A stretch of DNA of 64,000 bases from Octopus vulgaris (lineage: Eukaryota), in assembly GCA_951406725.2 (NCBI GenBank), contig OX597820.1, forward strand, positions 28,210,001 through 28,274,000. Direction: 5' to 3'. The notes under the pieces are model-generated. The model worked only from the letters and a program-made list of their open reading frames with translations. It was not told the DNA's origin and made no database searches. The position numbers and the translations under genes are program-made. Positions 41,182 through 51,988 of this stretch are shown here, piece by piece. Positions within the stretch are counted from its first letter, which is position 1. Each line of letters opens with the position of its first letter.

Positions 41182-43000
41182 TTTTTCTAGTTTCAGCTCA
41201 GAGCTGCGGCAATGCTGATGCACCGCCGTTTTGTGCTACACTGTTATTACGACGAACCTCGTCTAATATGTGGCACTTGATAAAGAATGGAGTTTGACAT
41301 AGCTACTCTCATTTGCACCTCTTGCCGTGAGGTAGGTTCATCTGGGACTCTTGACAGGAAAATGTCCAGCTTTGATTTAAAAACCGCTACATCTACTTTG
41401 TGCAAGTTCCTCAGACTCTTTGGGAGAATATTAAAAAGCTGTGGGCTCTTGAAACCAAGGCTGTTACAGAAGCTGGTCTTGAAGCGTGATGGCATTGCTG
41501 GAATTTTTGGCACTATGCAGTGTCGTCCCGTTCTACTATTGGTGTAGCTTACAATGCCAAAATTTGGCACAATTCCTTCCAGGATCTTCCAGACATATAT
41601 TACTGCATACCTCTCCCGTCTTCTCTCCAGGGAGTAGAGTCTTAGCTGTTTCAATATTTCCCAGTAGCTGAGCTGTTGCAAAGAGACGATCTTCTTTGTG
41701 AATCTTCTCTGGATTGCTTCAAGGTCCGCTGTTAATTTTACACTGGTGGGTGACCATAGCTGTGAGCAGTAATCCAGGCGACCGAGGACGAATGTCCGCC
41801 AGAGGACCATCATGGTTTCCTTATCTCTAGTTCTGAATGTTCTTCTGATCCACCCAGCCAGTCGTCTGCACTTTGTCGCCATCCTGATAATGTGCACTTG
41901 GAAAGAGGTATCATCACTCTTGTCGATACCCAGGTCCCTCACAGACTTAGGCTCTGGGATTGAAATTTCCTGTGGACCGGTGTATCCTGTAAGTTTAATA
42001 TTCAGTTTTGGATGCTGGTAGCGCAGGGCCTGGAATTTTTCAGCATTAAACTGCATATTATTATCCTTAGCCCATCTGTAGATTGAGTCCAACTCCTGCT
42101 GCAGGTGTGCAACATCGCTGGGGTTCTGTATTTTCTGCGAGACTTTCGTATCGTCTGCATGGCTGGCCAGAGTGGCTATCCGGGCATTTGAGGGCATATC
42201 TGAGAGGGCCACTATAAAAAGCAGTGGTCCCAAGACAGTGCCCTGTGGAACATCGCTCACTATTTGTGTGTTCATAGAGGTGGCTCCATTAACCACTACT
42301 GCCTGACTCCTATCTTCCAGGAAGTCATGCAACCACACTCTAAGTTTTCCAGCTATGCCGAGGTCACGCAGTTTGTGGCATATCATACCATGATCCACCT
42401 TGTCAAAATCTTTTGCAAAATCAAGGTAGATTACGTCTACGTTTGATTTGTTGAGTAACTGCCTCAACACCCGGTCATAATGCTGTAAGAGCTGGGTCAG
42501 CCAGCTCCTACCTGGTCGAAAACCATGCTGGGTATCACTCAGCAAGTTATTTTCCTCAAGAAATGCGATTAGTTTCTTTCTGACTATCCTTTCCATGACT
42601 TTGCTGATGTGTGAAGTCAGAGAGATAGGCCTATAGTTTTTGGTATCTGCTCTACTTCCCCCTTTATGTATTGGGCATATTATTCCCTCCTTCAGCTTGC
42701 TTGGCACTTTGTCATTCGCAAGAAAGCTCTGGAAGAGAATCTTGAGGGGTTTTGCCAGGGCATGCTTACGCGCTTTGAGGAGGATGGCTGGGAAACTATC
42801 TGGACCAGCAGCTGAGTTTGTGCCCACTTCATCTATGGCTAGTAGGAGATCTTTTTCGCTAATGTCAATACATTGTATTGTAACCGCCACGCTGGTTATA
42901 GGTGAGGCGGCAAAGAAGTCCACTTTGTATCTATGTATTTGTTCACTTGTCTGTGTTCCAACGGGGTGGTAAAGACACTTTTGAACTGGTCATTCAGCAT
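41182..43000 (-). mobile_element. 5'-truncated CR1-like LINE
   Basis: RT ORF plus a short 3' UTR ending GGCGGTGCATCAGCATTGCCGCAGCTCTGAGCTGAAACTAGAAAAA; the 5' end begins at MLNDQFKSVFT. Confidence 0.93.
41247..42923 (-). CDS. Reverse transcriptase + C-terminal domain of CR1-like LINE (558-aa open frame; probably non-functional)
   Basis: NYRPISLTS, QHGFRPGRS, VIYLDFAKDFDKVDH, VPQGTVLGPLLF, HADD (YADD altered), LDYCSQLWSP and LYSLERRR. No endonuclease domain; no true start. Confidence 0.9.
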   Translation of the reverse strand: MDFFAASPITSVAVTIQCIDISEKDLLLAIDEVGTNSAAGPDSFPAILLKARKHALAKPLKILFQSFLANDKVPSKLKEGIICPIHKGGSRADTKNYRPISLTSHISKVMERIVRKKLIAFLEENNLLSDTQHGFRPGRSWLTQLLQHYDRVLRQLLNKSNVDVIYLDFAKDFDKVDHGMICHKLRDLGIAGKLRVWLHDFLEDRSQAVVVNGATSMNTQIVSDVPQGTVLGPLLFIVALSDMPSNARIATLASHADDTKVSQKIQNPSDVAHLQQELDSIYRWAKDNNMQFNAEKFQALRYQHPKLNIKLTGYTGPQEISIPEPKSVRDLGIDKSDDTSFQVHIIRMATKCRRLAGWIRRTFRTRDKETMMVLWRTFVLGRLDYCSQLWSPTSVKLTADLEAIQRRFTKKIVSLQQLSYWEILKQLRLYSLERRRERYAVIYVWKILEGIVPNFGIVSYTNSRTGRHCIVPKIPAMPSRFKTSFCNSLGFKSPQLFNILPKSLRNLHKVDVAVFKSKLDIFLSRVPDEPTSRQEVQMRVAMSNSILYQVPHIRRGSS

Positions 43001-43087
43001 CTGAATGACCAGTTCTGAATATTATATTGTATAATATCTTCATTATACAATAATAATGTTTTGCTCTTTCGACACAATTGAAGTAAG

Positions 43088-43111
43088 GATCGGTTTCGCA
43101 TTGCTCATCAA
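43088..43111 (-). ncRNA. Minimal hammerhead-like motif (left pLTR)
   Basis: TTGATGA-GC-aat-GC-GAAA-CCG-ATC; stem I is weak. Confidence 0.45.
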
Positions 43112-43290
43112 ATTGAGAGATAAAGAGATTAATTGCTGCGGAGGAAAAAATTTTGCTAGGGGAGATAATTGTTCACTTATTTATTTTGCAGTGAAAGGGA
43201 GGTAAATCTGTAAGTTTTATTTATTTTTTTTTACGTTTCTCGCTTAATTCTGGCTTACATCTTCCATTAATTGGGGTACGTTCTTTAATT

Positions 43291-43720
43291 TTAATATGGT
43301 TTCATATTTAATCCTGGTTTATATTTGTGGATACATGAGGCTCCTTTATTCACTCTTACTTATGTTGATGTCCAGAAGGCAAGATGAAAAAATGGGAAAA
43401 TTTCGAATTGTGGTTGTAATCGCTCTTCACATTCATCACTGTGTTGACTGAGGTATATTTGGCGATATTTTGGGGAGGAAATTTGTCTGTGGACCGTACA
43501 TCTCTTTCGGATCGAATTTCCTGTTGAGCCAATGTAATTGGCAGCCCGAGCATCTGATTACGGAAATGAGGTTTTGGGAGGCGCAATGAAGTTAGATTTG
43601 ATCTTGAATATTTATCCTTGTTTGAAATAGAATTCCGATCATTCCAACAGGTTAGGACAAGTTCTGCAATTATGGCGACCACACTTTACGACACATGCAT
43701 CCGTTGTTCAAGAGGATAGT
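43291..43720 (-). pseudogene. Penelope GIY-YIG endonuclease relic with Cys-rich linker
   Basis: Reading across frameshifts: KCGRHNCRTCPNLL..FKIKSNF-CASQNLISVIRCSGC-YIGSTGNSIRKRCTVHRQ..YRQIYLSQH..IHKYKPGLN. Not shown in the ORF track. Confidence 0.8.
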
Positions 43721-43796
43721 TTGGCATTGGTGAGAATTTTGCTGAATGTCTTAAGCTGTTATCTCCCCTAGCAATGTATATCTTTCAACTCTCAGT

Positions 43797-43820
43797 TTGA
43801 TAAGCAATGCGAAACCGGTC
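43797..43820 (+). ncRNA. Minimal hammerhead-like motif, U3-A8 core (right pLTR)
   Basis: TTGATAA-GC-aat-GC-GAAA-CCG-GTC with palindromic ACCGGT; stem I is weak. Confidence 0.5.
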
Positions 43821-43940
43821 GTTACTTCAATTATATTGAAAGAACAAAACCTTATTTTGTACAAAATTGTATGATTCCTTTATTATCATGGTCCTAATAT
43901 ACTCTTAAATCGTGTAAAACAAATCTGTGTTTTTTCATCG

Positions 43941-44019
<79 letters not shown>

Positions 44020-44293
44020 TGACAACAAGAACAGTATCAAAACTCAATAGATTTCCACCGGCCGTATGTTCGTCTTCTGCCCACGTTTATGTATTGGTTT
44101 AAGTGGTCAAGTCTCACTAATTTTAATCCCCAATTTATTAAAGTAAGGCAGGTCACGAACAAAACCATTCAATGGTATCATGGATTGTATCCAAATGGTT
44201 TGTGTTTTCATACAGTCTGATAGATAAAGCCATGAGTAGGATATGCTAGACCAAGTTTGCTAAAAGTATGAGCTACTTTACAGTATTCAATCT

Positions 44294-44600
44294 GGCACTC
44301 CGTCGGTAACGACCATGAGGGTTCTAGTTGATTCGATCAATGGAACAGCTTGCTCGTGAAGTTAGCGATCACTCAAGAGACACGCATACCCTTAATACAG
44401 TTCTAAACAAGATTCAGCCTGACACTATGTGACAAGGCTGGCCCTTTGCAGTACAGGTACAACTCACTTTTTCCAGCTATGTTGGCTGGAGCAACGGGAA
44501 ATAAAGTATCTTGCTCAATAACACAACGCACCACCAGGAATCGAACTCACGACTGTACCACAGTGAGCCAATCACGCTAGCCACTAAGCCACGCACCTTC
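44294..44600 (-). mobile_element. Group C SINE (centre Y + tail P)
   Basis: TGGCACTCCGTCGGTAACGAC...GGAGCAACGGGAAATAAAGTATCTTGCTCAA...GGAATCGAACTCACGAC. ACAGTATTCAATC flanks both ends as a probable TSD (44280-44292 and 44601-44613). Confidence 0.85.
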
Positions 44601-44904
44601 ACAGTATTCAATCATCAATGGATTGATGTACTCTCATCATTCACCATATGCAGCCTCCATTGATGATCTGGGTTTATTGCAGTCGAAAGTTTCTGGCAAA
44701 GAAAGTATTTTCATTGGTTTATATTCCTATTTAAAAACAGCGTTACTCCGACAATTTTACATATGGGCATTTGATTCTTAGAATTATCCTGGTTTTCATG
44801 GTGGAAATGTGGCAGTGGTGGTTCTCTATAAAATTCAAATTAATTTCTTTTCTTTTTTTGTCAATTTTACCAATTCTTTAAGAGATTGTTTCATGCCGAC
44901 TGCC

Positions 44905-45345
44905 TTCTTCTTCTTCTTCTTCTTCTTCTTCTTCTTCTTCTTCTTCTTTCTTCTTTTTCTTTTCTTCTTCTTCACCTCTTCTTCTCTTCTTTTTCTGTTT
45001 CTTCCCCTTCGCCTTCTTCTTCTTCTTCTTCTTCTTTTCTTCTTCTTTTTCCTTTCTTCTCTTCTTTTTCTTCTGCTTCCTCTTCGTATTCTTCTCCTTT
45101 CTTTCTTCTTCCCTTCTTCCTCGTCTTCTTCTTCCTCTTCCTCTCCTTCCACTTCTTCTTCTCTTCTTTTTCTTCTTCTTCTTCTTCTTCTTCTTCTTCT
45201 TCTTCCTCCTCTTCATTTTCATCTTCTTCTTCTTCCACTTCTTCCTTCTCCTCGTGTTCTTCTTCTGCCGCTTCCTCTTCTTCTCCGTCTTCTTCTTCTT
45301 CCACCTCCCCCTCTTCGTCCCCGTAATTCTTATTTCTCTTCTTCT
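44905..45345. repeat. Degenerate (CTT)n polypyrimidine tract
   Basis: Read directly. Confidence 0.95.
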
Positions 45346-45656
45346 TGCAGGAAAGATATGCTACGTTTTTAAGTATATTAGACTTGGCACTAATTGAAAG
45401 GAATACCTACAATTTAGCATACGTTGCACAATCAAATCTACAGAACTAGTTTTTCTGTGACAAGTTAGAAATAATTAGTTAAAAATAAGTAAATAATTAA
45501 TCAGCAACTGATGATGAATAATTATACATAATCTATCATTACAGATAGAAATACACAAAGGGAAGCTACCTAGTACCACTAAAAGAGATTTTTGCTTCTT
45601 GCTTTTTATAAGTGAATGTGGCGAACATGTATCGCAACCGCGTAGGAACAATGCAG

Positions 45657-45760
45657 ATTTACACGACTCACAGCTTTACTTGACTCGCAGCTTTACTCGA
45701 CTCGCAGCTTTACTCGGCTCGCAGATTTACTCGACTCGCAGCTTTACAGATTTACTCGAT
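45657..45760. repeat. 17-bp minisatellite (CTTTACTCGACTCGCAG), about 5 copies
   Basis: Read directly. Confidence 0.9.
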
Positions 45761-46042
45761 AGGAATCGCTTTATTTTGATAATACAGCTACTTTATGCTA
45801 TATTTTAAACAAAACGAAAAATACGAATAAAAAAAACATTTTTCGCTTTGCCCCAGCTATTTTAGGGGCGGTAAATCAGCAAGGAAGCCCACACGTGGCT
45901 GCCTGCAAAGCGTTCAGCGCTCCTTCAGAGTACAAAATAGTCTCTTATATGAGGAAATATTATGCTTGTTTATGTAATCCAATATAAAACAAACTCAGAG
46001 GGTAAAGATCGTTACCGTGTCATATAGATTCATAGACCCGGT

Positions 46043-46372
46043 AAAAGGCGGCGAGCTGGCAGAAACATTAGCACGCTGGGTGAAATGCTTAGCAGTACTT
46101 CGTCTGCCGCTACGTTCTGAGTTCAAATTCCGCCGAGGTCGACTTAGCTTTTCATCCTTTCGGGGTCGATTAAATGAGTACCAGTTACGCACTGGGGTCG
46201 ATATAATCGACTTAATCCGTTTGTCTGTCGTTGTTTGTCCTCTCTGTGTTTAGCCCCTTGTGGGTCGTAAAGAAATAGGTATTTCGTCTGCAGTTACGCA
46301 CTGGGGTCGATATAATCGACATAATCCGTTTGTCCCCTCTGTGTATAGACCTTCGTGGGCAGTAAAGAAATA
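46043..46372 (+). mobile_element. Young group A SINE plus internally deleted second unit, inside one 17-bp TSD
   Basis: AGATTCATAGACCCGGT at 46026-46042 and 46373-46389. Confidence 0.93.
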
Positions 46373-46401
46373 AGATTCATAGACCCGGTTATCCAATATC
46401 T

Positions 46402-46781
46402 GTGGAGGTGCAATGGCCCAGTAGTTAGGGCAGCGGACTCGCGGTCGGAGGATCGCGGTTTCGATTCCCAGACCGGGCATTGTGAGTGTTTATTGAGCGA
46501 AAACACCTAAAGCTCCACGAGGCTCCGGCAGGGGGTGGTGGTGAACCCTGCTGTACTCTTTCACCACAACTTTCTCTCGCTCTTTCTTCCTGTTTCTTGT
46601 ACCTGTATTTCAAAGGGCCTGCCTTGTCACACTCTGTGTCACGCTGAATCTCCTCGAGAACTACGTTAAGGGTACACGTGTCTGTGGAGTGCTCAGCCAC
46701 TTGCACGTTAATATCACGAGGAAGCTGTTCCGTTGATCGTGTCAGCGGGGACCCTCATCGTCGCAACCGACGGAGTGCCCC
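46402..46781 (+). mobile_element. Group C SINE, tRNA(Arg)-like head (centre X + tail P)
   Basis: A-box TGGCCCAGTAGTTAGG and B-box GGTTTCGATTCCC. TATCCAATATCTG flanks both sides as a probable TSD (46390-46402 and 46791-46803). Confidence 0.9.
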
Positions 46782-46809
46782 TATTACTACTATCCAATAT
46801 CTGCAGCGT

Positions 46810-46999
46810 GTATATTCCCCACCTGGATGGGATGCCGGTCCGTTATAGGTATATTCATTTTTGCCAGCTGAGTGAACTGGAGCAACGTGAAATAAAGTGT
46901 TTTGCTCAATATCACGACGCGCAACCTGCTCAAAGAATCGAAACCGCAATCTTATGATCATGAATCCAATATCCCTAGCAACTAAGAAACGCGCCTCTA
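46810..46999 (-). mobile_element. Group C SINE (centre Y + tail Q part)
   Basis: Reverse complement reads head, CACTTTATTTCACGTTGCTCCAGTTCACTCAGCTGGCAAAAATG, then GGACCGGCATCCCATCCAGGTGGGGAATATA. Confidence 0.75.
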
Positions 47000-47690
47000 C
47001 TATAGTTCCTTAAAATAACGAATTTAACCTCGCCTGAAATGTCACTTCACACAGTTTTCCTCAGTCAGAGTTTGAACTCGGTTTAAACAACAACAACAAC
47101 AAAAACAACAGCAAAAACAAAAATAACAACAACAACAAAAATGAACCCTGTATTTACAGGTCATTCATCGGTTAACCCTTCCCTTCACGAAAGATGATCG
47201 TAACGAGGAATGGGCGTAATCAATCATATACAGATTTATGGATATGAAATGTAAATTGAGCGATGAACGTGTACAACTGGGATGTAATTTCAGTTGAGAG
47301 CAAGGTAGTATAATCCATCGCGGATTAGGTTACGAATAGCTACTGGCTTGATGGATCAGGTTAATTAAGCTATAAAGCGAAATAAACGACATATGCGTAC
47401 ATATGTGTATTTGTATGTATGCATGTGTGTATGTGTTTGAGAGGGAGTTTATGACAGAGAACAATAGCTTTGTAATTTCCAAATTAAACGAGGCGTGTAT
47501 CAACTATTTAAGGCATGAATTTATTATTAAACACGCGCACCCGCACACATATTTTTATATTCGTATGTATATACATGTATATAGATATACATATAGATAC
47601 ATTGATATAGATATATGTTTATATAAGTATAGCTCTGAAAATATACATACACATGCATACATACATACATACATACATATATATATATAT

Positions 47691-47727
<37 letters not shown>

Positions 47728-47738
47728 CATACATGCAT

Positions 47739-47829
<91 letters not shown>

Positions 47830-47847
47830 CATATATATACATATACA

Positions 47848-47888
<41 letters not shown>

Positions 47889-48370
47889 TTGTATGTATGC
47901 ATGTACACAATTATGGGTATATGTATATATGTATTTGCCTCTCTCTCTCTTTTTATATATATATATATATAGATATATATCTATATATAATCATAGATCC
48001 AATTGTGATATAGTTGGTATACGCCTCATTTAATTTGGAAATTACAATTTATTTCTCTCTGTCACATATAATCCACAAACATAACTAACCACCTCAATTC
48101 ATACACACATCAAAAGATACACATACACACACACACTCACACATACGCAAACACACACGTTCAGACTTCACTGTACAATTATACATGCATATACACACAT
48201 ATAATCACACAGATATTATATATCATTTCAACATGACTATCATTACATTCAGTTTCTATAGATAACGGTATCTTTTCTACAACTGTCTCTTTCTTCTGTC
48301 GCTCTTTCAGTGACTCTCTTATTCATACACATACACACAGACACACACTTATTTATATATATATATATAT

Positions 48371-48718
48371 AATAAATATTAGGGAATAAATCCAAACTTA
48401 CAGGGAAAATCAGATTTAGGATTGAATCCAATTTATAGTAAAATATTTTATTATATAAATTAGAGACAAAACCACTATTATGCAAATCAAACAAAGAAAG
48501 ACTTAATACAATACATAAATTAATTTATATAATTTAGAAATTTAACAATTATTAATATCCACTACGATCGTTTCATGTCTTCTTTTCATCACATCTTTGA
48601 GTAGTAGACATTCTTCAGGTGGTTTCAAATATTCTTGGAGAGTTTAAACTAAACTAATTTATGTATTGGATTAAGTCTTTCTTTGTTTGATTTGCATAAT
48701 AGTGGTTTTGTCTCTAAT

Positions 48719-48723
<5 letters not shown>
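48371..48723 (-). mobile_element. Penelope-type inverted pLTR element in (TA)n
   Basis: 69-bp inverted repeat (48454-48522 and 48655-48723, one mismatch) enclosing a canonical hammerhead; (TA)n on both sides. Confidence 0.8.
48559..48622 (-). ncRNA. Type I hammerhead ribozyme, canonical core
   Basis: CCAC-CUGAAGA-AUGUCU-(25 nt)-AGACAU-GAAA-C-GAUC-G-UA-GUGG: stem I 4 bp, stem II 6 bp, short stem III with a palindromic loop, GUA cleavage triplet. Confidence 0.85.
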
Positions 48724-49217
<494 letters not shown>

Positions 49218-49251
49218 ATAGGTATGTGTGTATGGTGTATGTATGTATGTA

Positions 49252-49282
<31 letters not shown>

Positions 49283-50171
49283 GTAGATACGTATGCATAT
49301 ACATATATACATATATATATATGTATGTATGCATATATATATATGTATGTATGCATATATATATATATGTATGTATATTCGTTTATAAATATACACACAT
49401 AGACACACACACACATATATATATATACATATGACTGTGCACGTGTGTGTGCGTGCGTGCGTGAGTGTGTGTGTGTTCGCGTGTGCGTGTGTATAAAATT
49501 CTGAATATTGTGCCGAGAAATATGGAATAAGATGTACACTGACAAATGATCGGTGCTCGTGTGCAGTTCCCTTTTTTACTCATTCCTCACAACTCTATGA
49601 TCTCTTCCAATTCATTTAGTTTCTCTAAATGCCATGAAACTTCACGTGACCAGAAAAATGCTTATATATATATTAAAGACCCGCATTCACAGAAAGGAAA
49701 GTTTTGGGGATCGAAAATTCTATCCCGTAATAAAATTCCCTATATGGAACAGTTAGATGTATTTCGATTGGACCACCCGACACAATAGATCTCATTCAGT
49801 TTCCCCACTCCAGAAACAGATACACAGACTTTAAACAAGTGCCGATCAGTTGTTTTGGAAGAAATTTACTGTTGAGTTTGAAACAACGTGATTGGATGAG
49901 AGATGTCTCTAATGGTTAACGGAAAAATCAATTATTTCTAATTCACATTAAAATAGTTCCTTTTTCTTTCAGGGATTTTCATATTTTATTTCTTTTCCTA
50001 GCCGTCTTTATTTCTACAAAAGAAAATGTGACTACATAATTTATGAACATTATCTGATGATATTTTTTTTCCTTTATGCATTCTGTTATCTTTCAAACTA
50101 CGGAGCTCAGTAAAGAGAGATTTAATACGTAAGACGAGTTTTCCTTGTAATTTTCTCGTTTCATCTCAAAT

Positions 50172-50390
50172 AATCCTTTCTACTGCAGGCACACGGCCTG
50201 CAATTTGGGCGGAGGCGGTTAGTCGATTACATCGACCACAGTGTTTCACGGGAACTTATTTCATCGACCCTGAAAATGATGGATAGCAAAGCCGACCTCG
50301 GCGGAATTTCAACGCAAAACGTAGCGACGGGTGAAATACTGCTGGGTATTTCGTCCGGCATGATAAAGATACTACCAACTCACCGCTTCC
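50172..50390 (-). mobile_element. Group A SINE, diverged
   Basis: GTCGATTACATCGACC..CATCGACCCTGAAAATGATGGATAGCAAAGCCGACCTCGGCGGAATTTC. Confidence 0.78.
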
Positions 50391-50935
50391 TTGGATCTTA
50401 AATAAGGCCCATAGAATACGGAATTCTGGTTATGTAGCATAAGATTTAGATTTAAATCGCACTATATTTTCCTCCTCACTTCAATTTCTTCATAATGCGC
50501 TTTAATTTTATCCTTTTTTTTTTTGTTCATTAAAATCTTGCTGTAAAAAGGTTTATTTTAACACATGTTAATGATAGAATTCTTTACGGCTTTAAAGTTT
50601 TCTATTTTTAGATGTACTTCAATCTGTAACTACAAATATTTATTTAGAAATTGCACTGATTAAGCCATTAAGACTACACATGTATGTGGCAAAATATACT
50701 AAAATCTAATTGAGTTATTAAATCATTTAAGAACAATTTTACAAAATAATTAGTAACAGAAACAAATTTTAGCAATTCAAACCCAGCCACAATTACTAAT
50801 TTAATTAACTGTTATTTATTTTTAGTTATTTATTTATTTATATTTATTTATCTATATTTATATACTTCCTCGGTAGTTCATATTTTATAAGCGGCATTGA
50901 ATTGCCCTTCATGAAAGTCTGGAACTATGAATGTC

Positions 50936-50966
<31 letters not shown>

Positions 50967-51591
50967 TACTAATACAATCTTTAAGCGGAACAGTAAAAAT
51001 ATGCAAGACTTTTCTCGAATTAAAAAATATGATATTGTTTACTTTATCTCTAGTCCAACGAAGGAGCTTTGTATCTGTGTGAGAAACCAGCTTCTTCTCA
51101 AGGGGAAGAATTTAAATCAATAAACCAGAAGAGAATATACATACTTAGATACATTCTTACATACACACATATGCACACATCACACAAATCACATGAGACA
51201 CACATCAAATCATACACGCGCACACACACATCACACACATAAACATCACACACAGAGAGTTAAACTTAAGCATTGGTTATATATATCACGTCTCTTTGCC
51301 TTACTATTTGTCATATAGGTAACCACAACAATTGTCACGTATCAATTGCTTCTTTAAAGAGGAGATCGCAATCAAGATGTCAGTTGACCAAATATTTGCT
51401 TGCCATTTACGACCTCGTTGATGACATGCCCTAGTTATTGCATCTCTGTCGAATTGTCTCTAAAGTGTTTTATGTACATGCGTGTATTTACATATCTCCA
51501 TCTGTCAGTCTCTATATATGTATCTATCTCTATCCCTCTCTCATTCATTCTCTCTCTCTCTGTCACTCACTCTCTCTTTTTCTGTATATAT

Positions 51592-51988
51592 TGCAGGAGT
51601 GGCTGTGTGGTATGTAGCTTATTTACCAGCCACATGGATCCGGGTTCAATACCACATCGTGCCACCTTGGTCAAGTGTCTTCTACTAAAGCCTCGTACCG
51701 ACCAAAGCTTTCCGAGTGGATATGGTAGACGGAAACTGAAAGAAGCCCGTCGTGTGTATATATATATATATATTGTGTATGTGTATATGTTTTGTGTGTG
51801 TTTTCTCCCAACATCACTTGACAACCGATGCTGGTGTGTTTACGTCCCCGTAACTTAGCGGTTCGGCAAAACAGACCGATAGAAAAAGTACTGAAATGGC
51901 AAACAATAAGTCCTCGGGTCGATTTGCACGAGTAAATGCGGTGTTCCTGCATGGTCGCAGTCAAAATGACAGAAACAAGTAAAAAAAA
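51592..51988 (+). mobile_element. Group B SINE, near full length
   Basis: GCAGGAGTGGCTGTGTGGTA..GGGTTCAATACC..CACCTTGGTCAAGTGTCTTCT..GGTCGCAGTCAAAATGACAGAAACAAGTAAAA. Confidence 0.9.

Larger units (their letters stand above)
41068..43950 (-). mobile_element. Penelope-like element remnant: GIY-YIG region flanked by inverted pseudo-LTRs, left arm interrupted by a CR1-like LINE
   Basis: 41068-41150 plus 43045-43170 is the reverse complement of 43757-43950 (AAACGATGAAAAAACAC..ATTTGTTTTACA.GATTTAAGA.TATATTAG; CGGTTTCGCATTGCT.ATCAAA; TTGCTAGGGGAGATAA). Confidence 0.82.

Noticed and set aside
41247-42923. Active LINE or domesticated RT gene
   Set aside because: It is 5'-truncated without endonuclease, YADD is changed to HADD, and other conserved residues are altered; the open frame is explained by young age.
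43356-43682. 108-aa ORF as given in the track
   Set aside because: It is an off-frame reading; the meaningful GIY-YIG peptide lies in other frames across frameshifts.
45657-45760. CRISPR-like periodicity (also 26900-27072 and 30139-30932)
   Set aside because: Contiguous tandem units with no unique spacers and no cas genes, in a eukaryotic context.
46402-46480. tRNA gene calls for SINE heads (also 1-65 and 28650-28720)
   Set aside because: They lack a proper acceptor stem and run into SINE bodies present in multiple copies.
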